Origin: Balanoglossus misakiensis
Taxonomy: Eukaryota; Animalia; Hemichordata
DNA: 64,000 nucleotides
Assembly (NCBI GenBank): GCA_040954595.2
Contig: CM082578.2
Coordinates: 15,732,998 to 15,796,997 of the forward strand
Direction of reading: 5' to 3'
Shown piece by piece: positions 1-10,900 of the stretch. Each line of letters begins with the position of its first letter. Within the stretch, counting starts at the first letter, position 1. The position numbers were made by a program, and so were the translations under genes. The notes under the pieces are model-generated. The model did not search any database and had not been told where the DNA came from. It saw only the letters and a list, made by a program, of their open reading frames with translations.

Positions 1-850
1 GTGAATGACAAATGAAAACTTAATCATACACTTCTGAAATCTCTGATTGGATATTTTATGTGTGTTCTTTACTGATTCCTGTATCATTTTGTTGAGTAGT
101 CATCGCCGGATTGACAATGTGGAGGAAGACAAACTTAAACACCAAATAGTCGTTTCCAAGAAAACTGATAAATTCTACAATCTTAGCAGTACTGATCTTT
201 TTGCTGATATCAAAATACACTGATACTGTATATCCAGACAACAAACAAATGAAAAATGATAGTATTGAAAATCCAAGAAATGGAAAAAAATCTGGGTACT
301 TGTAAGCTGGTATTTGAAACACAGGCTAAAATTGACATCAGTGTTACTGGATTAATGTTAATGTAACAGTTTTCCAAAGTTCATTGTCAATGCCTTTTTA
401 ACTCAGTCAACAACAGAGTTTGCAAGAACTGAGGAAAAACACATTCTTATGAAGAAAAATTGAAAGAGAAAAAACTGTTGAAAAAAATACACAAAATATT
501 AAACAAAGATTTTAAATTGATAAAGAGACCGATGATTTGTTTTTCAGTTCTCGGTAATGTGATGGGCTGGTCACTGACTAATGATCTATGAGGAGATGAA
601 AAGTACACATGCTATTTTGGGATCTGAATATAAATGTACTGATGTGAACTGTCTTCTGCCCACAGCTTGAATACACAGAGTCATGGAAGATTTACTCCCA
701 CAACATTGGCTCCAGGTGACCTTTCAACCTTTGCTCAGAGTGGCAGTAGCAACTGTGTAGTGTCAACACTTTTCAGCTGAACTGAGTGTCACAGAGTTTT
801 TCTTCTTAAATAGCAAAAATATCTTACAAAGTATATACATGGTGTACAGT

Positions 851-3800
851 TTATAACTCAATGATTGATGAATCACTCAAGTCCTGATCGTCCAACAACT
901 CCGCCATGTTGGCATGTACCTCTGATTCTGTTTGTGAGATTTCACTGTGTTCATCAGTGTCAAAGTCTCTCGATACATTCAGGCAGTCAGTTTCAGTGGC
1001 TTTTCTTTGTAGAGCTTCACTTTCACACCGATCTTCCAGTAAGTTTTCAAATTGCTCCTGTACTTCAGTTGTTGGTAGTGGCTCCCTCTTTCCGAGGTAC
1101 TGCAGCATTTTATCCTGGCCGTAATCTGGACGCTGGGGATAATGCTGCATGCTTTGGCTTCGCTGGACGTTGATGATTTTGTGATTGTCCCGGGGGAGGT
1201 CATCCACGGAAACCTGGGAATATTGCCTTTTTCCGCTCAGCGATACGTTGGAATTGCCAAGTTTTGTGACGGAGTCCTTGAGTTTGTGAGGCAAACTCTG
1301 CTTGGAGGATGACGTTGAACTTGATTTCAGAGCAAGGTCCATCATGGAAAAACTTGTGTTGTTTTGTTTCGGTTGATTTCCAATGTCATGCTGGGAAGAT
1401 GATTTCAAGTTGGTCTTTTTCCCGGTTTTGGGGGCGGGGAGATTGGCCACATCATTGTTGACACTGTGAGAGCTTACTGATCTGTCAAATTGGAAGGTTG
1501 GTAGTCCTTTGTTTGCCAGCATGTTGTCGATACTGCCCCCGAGGCTGAAGGAGGACAGCCCTGTCGGACTAAACCCCGTTGACGACTCCCCGTGAGATCC
1601 TCCTGGACTTGCCAAGGAGTTACTGTGACCTTTTCCGGAATTGGCCCGAGACAGGTCTGTTGTCATGTAGAGTTTGTGACCAGCAGAGGAACCACTGCTG
1701 TTGTGCACGACGGCTAACGGCTGACATTCCAGCAGTTCTTGATAAGGATGGTTGGTGAACGGGTGATTGGAGTTGAACTCGGGTAACTGCAATTCGTTCA
1801 CGTCCGAGAAGGAATCCGAATACTGGTATCTGTTGACATCTTGGTTGCTGATGTCGTGACGATTGTAGTCGCAACACGACTGGCACAGTAACACCCGGAC
1901 ACCATGACAAGGCGCGCCATGCTTGGGTTCCCCCGTCCTGGTGTATCGGAACGGTTGGGTTGCTACGTAGCTCATGGTAATACACATCCCAAGTTCACAC
2001 ACACGGAAAGTCAGCTGAAAAGTCCACCAAGGCCACGGTTCTGGCGCTTCATGTCTGTCATGAAGTCCGTAGACTTCTATCATGCCGTACAGCTGCAGGC
2101 CACAACACAACAGGCCAAATATGGCCGTAACAAGAGTCACCTTGACAGCAGTGCCTAGACTCGTCCTGGACTTTTTCCTGATTGGTTTAATTCCCGGCAG
2201 TGCATAGACCGCTTTCTGTAGACTCATCTTTCTCATTTCTTTCAGTCTGTGTACAGTTGAGCTGTACAGTCTCTTGAATATGTACAGGTAACATACAGAC
2301 AGCAGGAATCCCCAGAGTACAAATGCTCCCTGGCATACAAGTAGTAAGATCTTCGCTTTATAGGTAAAGCCAATGATAAGGTCAGTAGACACAGACAGGG
2401 CGAAATGGAAGATGATTATTGAGGTCAAAATCTTCACTTTTTGGATCTTGGGTGAAACAAGCCGCATCTTTGTAGACTGCAGGAGAGCCAGGAATAAAAT
2501 ACTGAATGCTGATGTAAGGCACGGGAATCCAAAACTGTGAAGAAAGTAAGCAAGTGGTGGAGGCAACAGTCCCTTTGAGTTGTAAGCGTCGACAAACAAA
2601 TATAAGGCCCTGTCTAGTCCAATCAGGAACATTATAAAGTTGAGTGCTAGAAAGTAGCCCTGGCTCAGCAGTCTGCGGGTTCTTAATCGAATCATACTGA
2701 TGAGGGAGTATATTGCCAGAAGTAAGAAGAGGCTGGCCATGGTGTAGATGTGAAGCTCCCAAGCCACTCCCCATTTAGATTTGGCTTCATCCCACTCTGG
2801 CACTGGTTCTGCATGAGCTGGCTGTTCCGGCTCAACTTCTGGTTCTCCTTCTGATTCTGGCTCCCCACTTGGACGATTCTCTGGATGTGGTTCCTGTTCC
2901 GGGTTGTTTTCTGGTTCTGGGTGTTGTTCGGATTCTGGTTCTGATTCCGGCTCATTCTCTGGTTCTGGTTCAGTTTCAGGTTTATTTTCTGGTTCCGGAA
3001 GTGGTTCTGTTTCTGAGCTCGGCTCATGTGTTGTCTCTGGATGGGGTTCTGTTTCTGATTCTGGTTTAGGTTTGTCTTCTGGTTCCATCTTTTTAGTTGC
3101 TTTGCCTTTAGAAGAATTGTCTCTTTCAGTAGTACCGACAATCACCTCTACTGCACTAGTTACTTCCACAACATTCTGCGGCACTGTAGCTGTGGTTGTG
3201 CGTTGTCCCCTTAAAGTTGTCATATCAATTCCTCCTTCCACGGGCCCTGTTGGAACATATGTGGTTGACAAACGTAATGGTGTGGGGGTTGTGGATTGAT
3301 ATGTAACAACTGCTGGGGAGGAAGCAGTAACTGATGTCATTGGTTTCTGCATTGTCTGTGAAACACCGGACATCGGATCAGTTGTCTTCTTTTCAGCTGC
3401 TACGGGCGAAGTATAAGTAGACATTTTGTCGGTTGTGGCTCTCGTTGAAAGCATTTCTTTACTTGTGGTTTCAGGTCTGATTATTGTGGTGAGCAATCTA
3501 CTGCTTTCAGTTGTTGGGGAAGTTGATGTTTCCTTCAATTGTACAGTGTCTGGCACAGATGATGTCATTGTCCCGAATGGCTGGGTTTCAATCACAGTGT
3601 TCTTTGTTGCCGTATCTTTCAGTGAATCGGTTGAATAGGGCACTGACACTGTGGTGCTCTTAATGGGTTCTACTTGAGTTGACATCTGGGTATCACCTCT
3701 TGGAATGGATGTTAAAGAAAGGAATTTCGTAGTCATCTGTTCAGTTGTCATGGCTTGAGTTCTTGCACCACTGAGATCGGTCTGAAATGCATGGTCAGTT

Positions 3801-5698
3801 TCTTTTGGCCGTAGCGTATTAGTTTGGCTTGTTTGTCGGTCATCGCCAAGGTGATATGCAGTTGTCATTTTGGATGATTGTCTGCCAAGGTTAATGTTCA
3901 GAGAACTGCTTTCAGGGGAAGTTTGCATCACCTCTGAAGAATCTCTTTTGCTAACGCTGCTCAAAAGTTCCAGACTTTCCTGCGATTTTGTGACAAGAGA
4001 CGTCATTCCCAGATGAATTTGAGTAGAGTCAGGAACTACATAATTTGGATAACTGGATGATGGCAATTCTGTGATTGAAGTTGTAGACACATGTGGATTT
4101 TGTCCTTTGACTTGTGTCCCTTTAAACCAAGTGGATAAAACTTTTGAATTCGGCCTGCTCTCGGTTGAAAGGCTCCCTTTGGCAGTATCCACATCTGCAT
4201 CTGTTGACACCCGTGGCAGTCTGGTCTCTGTCTGGATTTCAGACTGGGAAGTTACATAAGGCTGGGAGTAGAACTTTGTGGAAAACATGATTGGCACATC
4301 ATTTCCTTGCAAAACAGTTGGCAGCTCTGTGTGGGACCTTGGAACACTGACGTCGCTAGATTTCGTTTTAATTGCAGAAATAGATGTCATTCTTGGAGGT
4401 GTTTTGATAGTACTGTTGTTGGGACTACCGACTGATGGTATGTCAGTCACTTTCTCATTTGCGGTTAATGACCTCAGGCCGTTTGCGGAAACACTGGAAT
4501 GTCCCAACTGTTCCACTTCAGTTTTGCTTTCCGGGTGCAATCTTGATTCCCTGGTAGTGGCATGTTCTACTGAATTGTGCTGGAAACCTGATGACTGATG
4601 TATGATTGTTGAGTCTGTAAAGGAGACTGGTCTCTCACGCTCCCAAGTTGTTGACACTATGCCTTGAGTTGGCAGTGTTTCTGCTTTGCTACCTTTGTTC
4701 AATGTAATTGCAGCAGTATTCATTTCAAATGCTGGTTTATGTGTCGATACATCTGTGGGCCACACAATCCCACTTGTCTTCTCCAATAACGTGGACGTAG
4801 TTTTTGTCCGGTACGGCTCATTTTCATATTCTGTAGATGATAAATAATTCATCAGTGATGACTTCAAACTGCTCAAATTGTCCCTTGTACGAGTAATTGG
4901 TATGGTAGACTCCATAAATCTTGATAATGTTCCAATATCTGCAGCACTTTTTGAGTTTGGATTCAAATCACTGTTTATATGGTGTGTTACTGAGTAACCG
5001 GTGTTTTTAGACGTCAATGCATTATGGCTAGCAGCTGTTGTGTTTCTTGTACTTCGTTTCCAATTCACTGTTGCCTGGTTTACATCTTTTGAATGACCTG
5101 GAAATGCTGTTGTTACAACCCTTGCTGGGTCTTTTATTGTCTGACTCACAGAGTACTGTGACAATAGTCCAGCATCTATTGTTGTATATTTTCCATGCGA
5201 CATATTTAGAATTCCAGCACTGGATGGTCCATCAGAATTTGGTAAATCCTTGGTAGCAGTGGCAGTTTTAGTACTGTTGACAGTTCTGACTTGTGTGACC
5301 TGCACAGTATCAGTAATCCATGACGGAGTTGACGACTCAACTCTGAGTTTTGTTGATTCTGTAATACTTTCCGCTGCACCTGTTTGTTTTCGTCCAGTAC
5401 TGTGTAAGAGTTCATTTGAACTGTTTGTTTTGGTAATTCTCCATGCATGGCCAGCATGATTTGGAGTGGTCCCGTCAAACTGTTCGGGGACAAACTGAGC
5501 CTCATTCCCAGCATTTGGCAAAGCTTGGTCCCTCTCATCTTCAGCGGGAATTATCCTTGACTTTGAAGTTGGATCCTCCGCACTTTCCGGCAGTGCATTC
5601 TCTACATTATCATCGCCATCTCCATACACAATGATGCTGCACTGAAGCAACACTAGGCAGATTAACACTGACCCTTTCGAAGGTAATCGTGCCATCAT
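851..5698 (-). CDS. Proline-rich transmembrane protein 3/4-like (PRRT3/PRRT4 family): signal peptide, Ser/Thr mucin-like ectodomain, Pro-Glu stalk, ~7 TM helices, long Ser-rich cytoplasmic tail; 1615 aa, single coding exon
   Basis: Uninterrupted 4848-nt ORF. Hydrophobic N-terminus ([16 protein letters not shown]), then ~850 aa S/T-rich sequence and EPEPE repeats. The segment [60 protein letters not shown] matches my recollection of the PRRT3/4 TM domain. A 5'UTR splice acceptor (TTTTCTTTCTAG on - strand) lies at 5844/5843. Confidence 0.88.
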   Translation of the reverse strand: MMARLPSKGSVLICLVLLQCSIIVYGDGDDNVENALPESAEDPTSKSRIIPAEDERDQALPNAGNEAQFVPEQFDGTTPNHAGHAWRITKTNSSNELLHSTGRKQTGAAESITESTKLRVESSTPSWITDTVQVTQVRTVNSTKTATATKDLPNSDGPSSAGILNMSHGKYTTIDAGLLSQYSVSQTIKDPARVVTTAFPGHSKDVNQATVNWKRSTRNTTAASHNALTSKNTGYSVTHHINSDLNPNSKSAADIGTLSRFMESTIPITRTRDNLSSLKSSLMNYLSSTEYENEPYRTKTTSTLLEKTSGIVWPTDVSTHKPAFEMNTAAITLNKGSKAETLPTQGIVSTTWERERPVSFTDSTIIHQSSGFQHNSVEHATTRESRLHPESKTEVEQLGHSSVSANGLRSLTANEKVTDIPSVGSPNNSTIKTPPRMTSISAIKTKSSDVSVPRSHTELPTVLQGNDVPIMFSTKFYSQPYVTSQSEIQTETRLPRVSTDADVDTAKGSLSTESRPNSKVLSTWFKGTQVKGQNPHVSTTSITELPSSSYPNYVVPDSTQIHLGMTSLVTKSQESLELLSSVSKRDSSEVMQTSPESSSLNINLGRQSSKMTTAYHLGDDRQTSQTNTLRPKETDHAFQTDLSGARTQAMTTEQMTTKFLSLTSIPRGDTQMSTQVEPIKSTTVSVPYSTDSLKDTATKNTVIETQPFGTMTSSVPDTVQLKETSTSPTTESSRLLTTIIRPETTSKEMLSTRATTDKMSTYTSPVAAEKKTTDPMSGVSQTMQKPMTSVTASSPAVVTYQSTTPTPLRLSTTYVPTGPVEGGIDMTTLRGQRTTTATVPQNVVEVTSAVEVIVGTTERDNSSKGKATKKMEPEDKPKPESETEPHPETTHEPSSETEPLPEPENKPETEPEPENEPESEPESEQHPEPENNPEQEPHPENRPSGEPESEGEPEVEPEQPAHAEPVPEWDEAKSKWGVAWELHIYTMASLFLLLAIYSLISMIRLRTRRLLSQGYFLALNFIMFLIGLDRALYLFVDAYNSKGLLPPPLAYFLHSFGFPCLTSAFSILFLALLQSTKMRLVSPKIQKVKILTSIIIFHFALSVSTDLIIGFTYKAKILLLVCQGAFVLWGFLLSVCYLYIFKRLYSSTVHRLKEMRKMSLQKAVYALPGIKPIRKKSRTSLGTAVKVTLVTAIFGLLCCGLQLYGMIEVYGLHDRHEAPEPWPWWTFQLTFRVCELGMCITMSYVATQPFRYTRTGEPKHGAPCHGVRVLLCQSCCDYNRHDISNQDVNRYQYSDSFSDVNELQLPEFNSNHPFTNHPYQELLECQPLAVVHNSSGSSAGHKLYMTTDLSRANSGKGHSNSLASPGGSHGESSTGFSPTGLSSFSLGGSIDNMLANKGLPTFQFDRSVSSHSVNNDVANLPAPKTGKKTNLKSSSQHDIGNQPKQNNTSFSMMDLALKSSSTSSSKQSLPHKLKDSVTKLGNSNVSLSGKRQYSQVSVDDLPRDNHKIINVQRSQSMQHYPQRPDYGQDKMLQYLGKREPLPTTEVQEQFENLLEDRCESEALQRKATETDCLNVSRDFDTDEHSEISQTESEVHANMAELLDDQDLSDSSIIEL
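2790..3090 (-). repeat. Coding Pro-Glu (EPEPE/PEN/PES) low-complexity repeat within the PRRT ectodomain
   Basis: Repeated TTCTGGTTC/TTCCGG units on +; protein [68 protein letters not shown]. Confidence 0.9.
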
Positions 5699-5704
5699 GT
5701 TGGA

Positions 5705-5828
5705 CTATGGTTGACAAAGCACGCAGGAAATCTGCATAGTCTCCATCATTGTTTCATCATCAGGAATGTCATGTGCCACTCTGCATAAAGTCCACACTGG
5801 CCCTTCCCAAGCACATTTACACAGGCAT
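5705..5828 (-). promoter_or_regulatory. Four contiguous upstream ORFs (9 uATGs) in the PRRT-like 5' leader
   Basis: uORF1 5828-5817 MPV*; uORF2 5816-5769 MCLGRASVDFMQSGT*; uORF3 5772-5746 MTFLMMKQ*; uORF4 5749-5705 MMETMQISCVLCQP*. All lie downstream of the acceptor at 5843 and upstream of the main ATG at 5698. Confidence 0.6.
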
Positions 5829-6694
5829 TGTTGCTCAAACACCTAGAAAGAAAACAAAAGGAAAATGTAATTAAAGCCTAGAACAATGTAAATGCAGGGG
5901 TACTGGACAAAGACAACACTGATGGATAATGGAAGTACATGTGCAAAGACCTCCATGAATTAACCTTTGGCTAATTGGTTACCTAACTGACTGGATGAGC
6001 ATTAGCGCATTTATCAGGAATAAACAAAGTTTATTCAAAGTTTGATAGTATAACGAAAATCGTCGGAATGACCCCACATAGAGGCATTGGAAGTTAACCA
6101 GGTTACTGTTCGTTTGTTTATAAATCGTGTTAGATTTTTTTCAAACTTCCAGGACATCAACAATGGCTTGGATAGCTAACATGAATGGTAAAGTTTTCCA
6201 ATGTTCTAGCTGGCTACAAAGTCCAAACCAATTCATATTAAATATTGCCCGCTGCAACGAACCGTGCCCCGTTGGTATGTTTATTGGGTTGGTCGGTGCC
6301 GCAGGGTAATCGGCACCCGATTTCTCGATTGTCTATGGTTTGAGATCTCTGCGAAAGGCCCGGCGTTAATTAATAACATCCTCAACTTCAAAACCTACTG
6401 TACTACAAGATGTGTTAGGGTCCAGATTAATTTTCCTCGCATATTGAACACGTTTGCAAACAAAGAGACCATGGTCCCGATCAGATTTTTCTGTTTGACA
6501 TGTACATGTTTGTCGAGGACTGTTTGACCCGAACGGTCTCATGCAAACACAACACGATCGTGGTCGGCATCGAGCGAGCCGATCGAATCACCAACCAACT
6601 GGTGGGTAAGTGTACGTACGTGTACGAACTCATTCATACGCCTATAATTTCTGAAGTCGTACTCTACAGCTCTATCAACGCAAAACAAACATAC

Positions 6695-7190
6695 CTGATC
6701 ACAACAACGACACCAAAAGTAACTTCTCATTGACGTAAGAGACGAAGGATCTTCCAATGTGGGACTTCGTCGCCGAGTAGAAACTTTCCAAAACACCTCC
6801 AACAAGTTTTGTGCTAACCGGAAATGACATCACCTGCAATATTTAACCTAAGTGTTCAGAACAATGTTTGGCGTGGGCGTGACAAGTCAAGACAATAAAA
6901 GGAGACGCACCATTCACTCAACCATAAAACTTTGACAGCATACCAACGTGTTCAGAATTAAGAGGGATTAATAAAATCACATTCTCATGATTCTATTGCC
7001 CCGGTTAATACCCGATTCAGTTTTCTGAAACATATTCTACATGTGTCCAAATTTATCAATTCGTTCTGGCGCCCTCGGTGGCAGGTTAATGAACGTCCCC
7101 GTCCAGCAAAAGCTGCAATCTGATTGGACAATTCAACAGGAAAGCGCCACATTTGTATATATGTGGGTCGTTCGTCGAAATCGACAATCC
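6695..7190. promoter_or_regulatory. Bidirectional CpG-rich promoter with non-coding first exons of PRRT-like (-) and SPDL1 (+)
   Basis: - strand donor CAG|GTATGT at 6695/6694; + strand donor CC|GTGAGT at 7190/7191. Motifs: TGACGTAA ~6731, ETS CCGGAAAT ~6818, GC-box-like GGGCGTG ~6875, inverted CCAAT 7123-7127. CpG is visibly denser than in the adjacent gene bodies. Confidence 0.6.
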
Positions 7191-7954
7191 GTGAGTATTA
7201 TCAATGATTATTGTTAACCTTTTCACAAATTATGTCGTATTGTCAAACGTAACGTTTTCAATATTATACCACTAATCTGGTTATTCTTTCCGCACATGGT
7301 TATGTTGATCGCAAAGCATTATGGCGCATGGCGAGTGTCCGGCTGGCGACCCTTTTTTTTGGGGGGGGGGGGGTATGATACATCCCTTCCCCTCCGTACG
7401 GGGTTTTCCCACGACCCAAGGGCCCCAGTCTGCACTTGCTTCGTAGTCTTTGCGTATCCGTAGACACCCTAATTGCCATTACACGGGACATCACACCCTC
7501 AACACAAACACCAAAAGGCCGTAGTACGCAGTAGGTCTACGGATCCTAGAGCTGCAGTGGAGGGCTAAAGCAATGAGGGACAGTGGCTGAAGTGGCGAGT
7601 GACCAATCGGCGCCACGGTCCGTCTATCTGGATAGGAATCGTGGTCACCCGCTCTCCATACGGACCACATAATAACATTGCGCTACATGATGTGGCCAAG
7701 ACGGTCTATTCTAATTTACATATGCGAATAAATAATCAGATGAGCTTCGAATGACCACGTGATGGCGCACTTTTCTCCCACCCCTTGTCTCGTATGTCTT
7801 ACCTACTGAAAATCCGAACTTTCTAACAATGAGCAACATGACATACATGTTACACAAGTTAAATAAAATTGAAGTTTGTTAAATAAACTATGAAATGTTA
7901 TTTTTTTCTCCAGGATTTAAACCTTTGACATTGCACACACATAAGAAAATAACC

Positions 7955-10900
7955 ATGGAAGATCCCACTGGTCAAGAAACTCGAGTTGAATGGTTGCAGA
8001 AAGAATTAAATATTGAGAAAGAGAATGTCCGCAGAGCAGCTGAAATAGGTAAACAGTTACTGGAACAGAATGAAGATTTGGAGATAAGACTGGAATCTAT
8101 GCAAAAAGATCATGTAGGAAAACTTCAGGTGAGTCATGGAAATTTATACCAGTGAGTGTCTGTTCTTGGTAATCAGTTATTCTGCTTTTGTGCATCTACA
8201 CTTACACGACAATTTTACTTCATTTTGTACATGTCACACAAACAGGAATTGGAGCAAGAAAAATACAGCCTGTCTATGAAGTTAAATGTCAAAGAACAAA
8301 TCGAGAAATCTCTATCAGGGGAGTTGGAACAAGTCAAGGAATCATTACAGAACTTGAAAGAAACAGAAACTATTCTGAGACAGAAGGAAACTTTACAACT
8401 GAAGAAAATACAAGAGCTGGAAATAAAGGTTGAAAATTTACAGACGGAATCTGAGAATGGAAATATGATGGAAGAGCAACTGAAAGAAAAGGTATGTCAC
8501 ATGACAACAAGAAATGATTGTGATTGGTTTTAAGGGAATACTAAATTGTAATGTTTCAATGGTGATGTGAATTCTCATTCTTTTGTGTTAATATTGTGAA
8601 ATGTTTGTCCAACATTGCATGATGCTTCTCTGTATGTCTCCACCCACAGATCAAACATCTAGAAGATACTTTAGAAGACTCTCAGCAGAAACTACACCAA
8701 AAACAGAACCTCACTTTTGATGATGAAGAGTTACGGAATCTCTATCAAGAAAACAGTGCCTTGAAAGTAGAAAAGGTGTGCACATCAACTGCTGCAAAAT
8801 GTTAATCTCTAAATGAATTACTTTTGCTGCTTTTCTATTGTAGGGACTAATATTCACAATTGATAAGTTGAAACATTTCATCACCTTCTGTGATTTGTAT
8901 CATTTGCTCAACAGGAGTCATTAAGTCTGGAAGTGAAACACACCAAGGATATCTTACAACAAACCACCACATCCAAAGAGTCTCTGGAACAGAAACTAGA
9001 AACATTGAGACAGGAGGTTGAAGAACGTGAACGGCAAGCCACATCGTATTTCAATGCACTAGAGGTAACTATACATCAGCACATTACAACAGTTCAACTC
9101 AGTCTGGTATTACCAACAGTTTATAATTTTTTGTTTTCTTTATTATAATGGTTTTCTGAGCATAATTGCATCATAATCTCCTTCAATTGCTTATCTGCAT
9201 TACTTGCCTGAGCTGATGACATGGCTATGCATACTTTTGCAGAAAAGTCGTGAAGAAGTTACTGAGTTAAAAGTACAGTTGGATGTAGCAACAATGCAGT
9301 CAGTTGATACCAATCAGAAAGGAAATTCTTTATTTGCAGAGGTAGGTTCAGTCACAACCATTGCTTCCATTGTTAATGGAATGTTTACCTCAGTAGTGCC
9401 TGAAAAATACAGTATTGAGCGGGTGTTGGATCGCCCTCTATAGACCACTGGGACTGTGCTTTGATGTTTGAACTCAAACGTGTAGTTAATGTTTGCCATA
9501 AACATGTAGATCGCCCTCTGTAAACAATGATCATGAGTCTGCTGTTTATGTTCGTAAGGAATGAAAAATCCTAAATATCTATCCTTGGCATTTCAAAGAC
9601 GGGTGGTTTAATAAATGTGTCCATGATTCATATTTTTTGCCACAATGGGTCCTTTTATAATTGTGGCGAGTATTTTTCAGTTCTAAGAAGAACCAGATTT
9701 ACAGTAACTCCTTCTATCTTTCTCTTCCAAGGGATTGACTTCACATCATCACTAGTCTATATCAGCATAATGATGTGGATTTTTTTTTCATATTTCAAAG
9801 GTGGATGATAGGAGGAAGGATCATGAGAGAAAACTGATAACATTGAAAGTTCAACATGATTCGCTGAGAGAACAATATAATATTAAAAAACAACAGCTTC
9901 TCAAAATGAAGGTAAGAAGATGTCAAGAGACAATGATCTAATTAGTGCTGTTGTTGTCGTCCATGTCCTAATGAATGAAATCTGTACACTACTGAAAAAT
10001 ATCCAATTATACCAGTCCTTCTGCTTCACATTTTTTTTTTGTATTTGTGGGAACAAAACAACAGCATTATCGCTTGAAGTAAACGATGTTTACTCCATTT
10101 AGCTTTTTTGTAGGTTTTCACTCTCAATGTTGCATATTCCCATAGCAATATTTTTTTCTCATAGTTTAAAACTACCCCCTACTTTGAAAAAATAAGCCAC
10201 AACAGTCTTCAATTACGTATTATTTCGTTTGAATTTTGAGGGGCGGTAAGAAGTCAATGCGTTCCCAACATAAAGTGATTCATTTTATGAGGGGCAGGGT
10301 CTGTTTTAACCTTGCCTTCAATTTTCACATCACCACCAAGCGGCAGCTTCAGTTGTTAAAAGTCAACAACCTCTTATAATGGTTTATTCCCACAATTAAC
10401 TGCTCCATTGGTGAGTATATTAATCAAGCGGACCGCACCATGTCATATTAGTATTACCTCTTTCCAGATTTTAAGTGCCTTCCATGTGGTTTCAATATTG
10501 TGTCGGATTTTGAATCCCACAGTATATGAAAATGAATTGTGTGCCCTCAACGCGGGCCATAGCTTATCATCACTGTTGGATTGCTTTATCTGCATGGCGT
10601 GGTGGTTAACACCTGTCCCCCACACCCCATTTGCTGTTAAAACCCCCTCGGTCATTTCCCGTGCAATTTCTGGCCGAAATATGCCGCATTTTGCAAGAAC
10701 AGATGTGTAGTCAAAGACATGAAATCAGACGTGAGCAAATTGCAGCCCCTCCAGTGTCAATATTGTAGAGTAGCTTATTTGTTTGCGTTAGACGGGGCAG
10801 TAATCAGTCTTGATTGGGAGGGAAATTTGCAAAGCAGGAAGAGCAGTTATTTATGAGACACATCAGTGATCTCACTCTTAAAGAGGCTGACCTCTGACCT

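Noticed and set aside
56-322. 88-aa - strand ORF and protein-like + strand frames near the window start
   Set aside because: No recognisable family; frames are interrupted by stops; more simply PRRT 3'UTR or flank. A convergent gene end cannot be excluded.
865-5634. Many short ORFs overlapping the PRRT-like CDS (e.g. 2904-3299 SG-rich, 2692-3141 NQ-rich)
   Set aside because: Antisense or alternate-frame shadows of the Pro-Glu and Thr-rich coding sequence.
7068-7084. CTCF-like GCGCCCTCGGTGGC in the bidirectional promoter
   Set aside because: One base short of the core spacing; similar partial matches (~9431, ~33346, ~41592) are not convincing without a PWM score.
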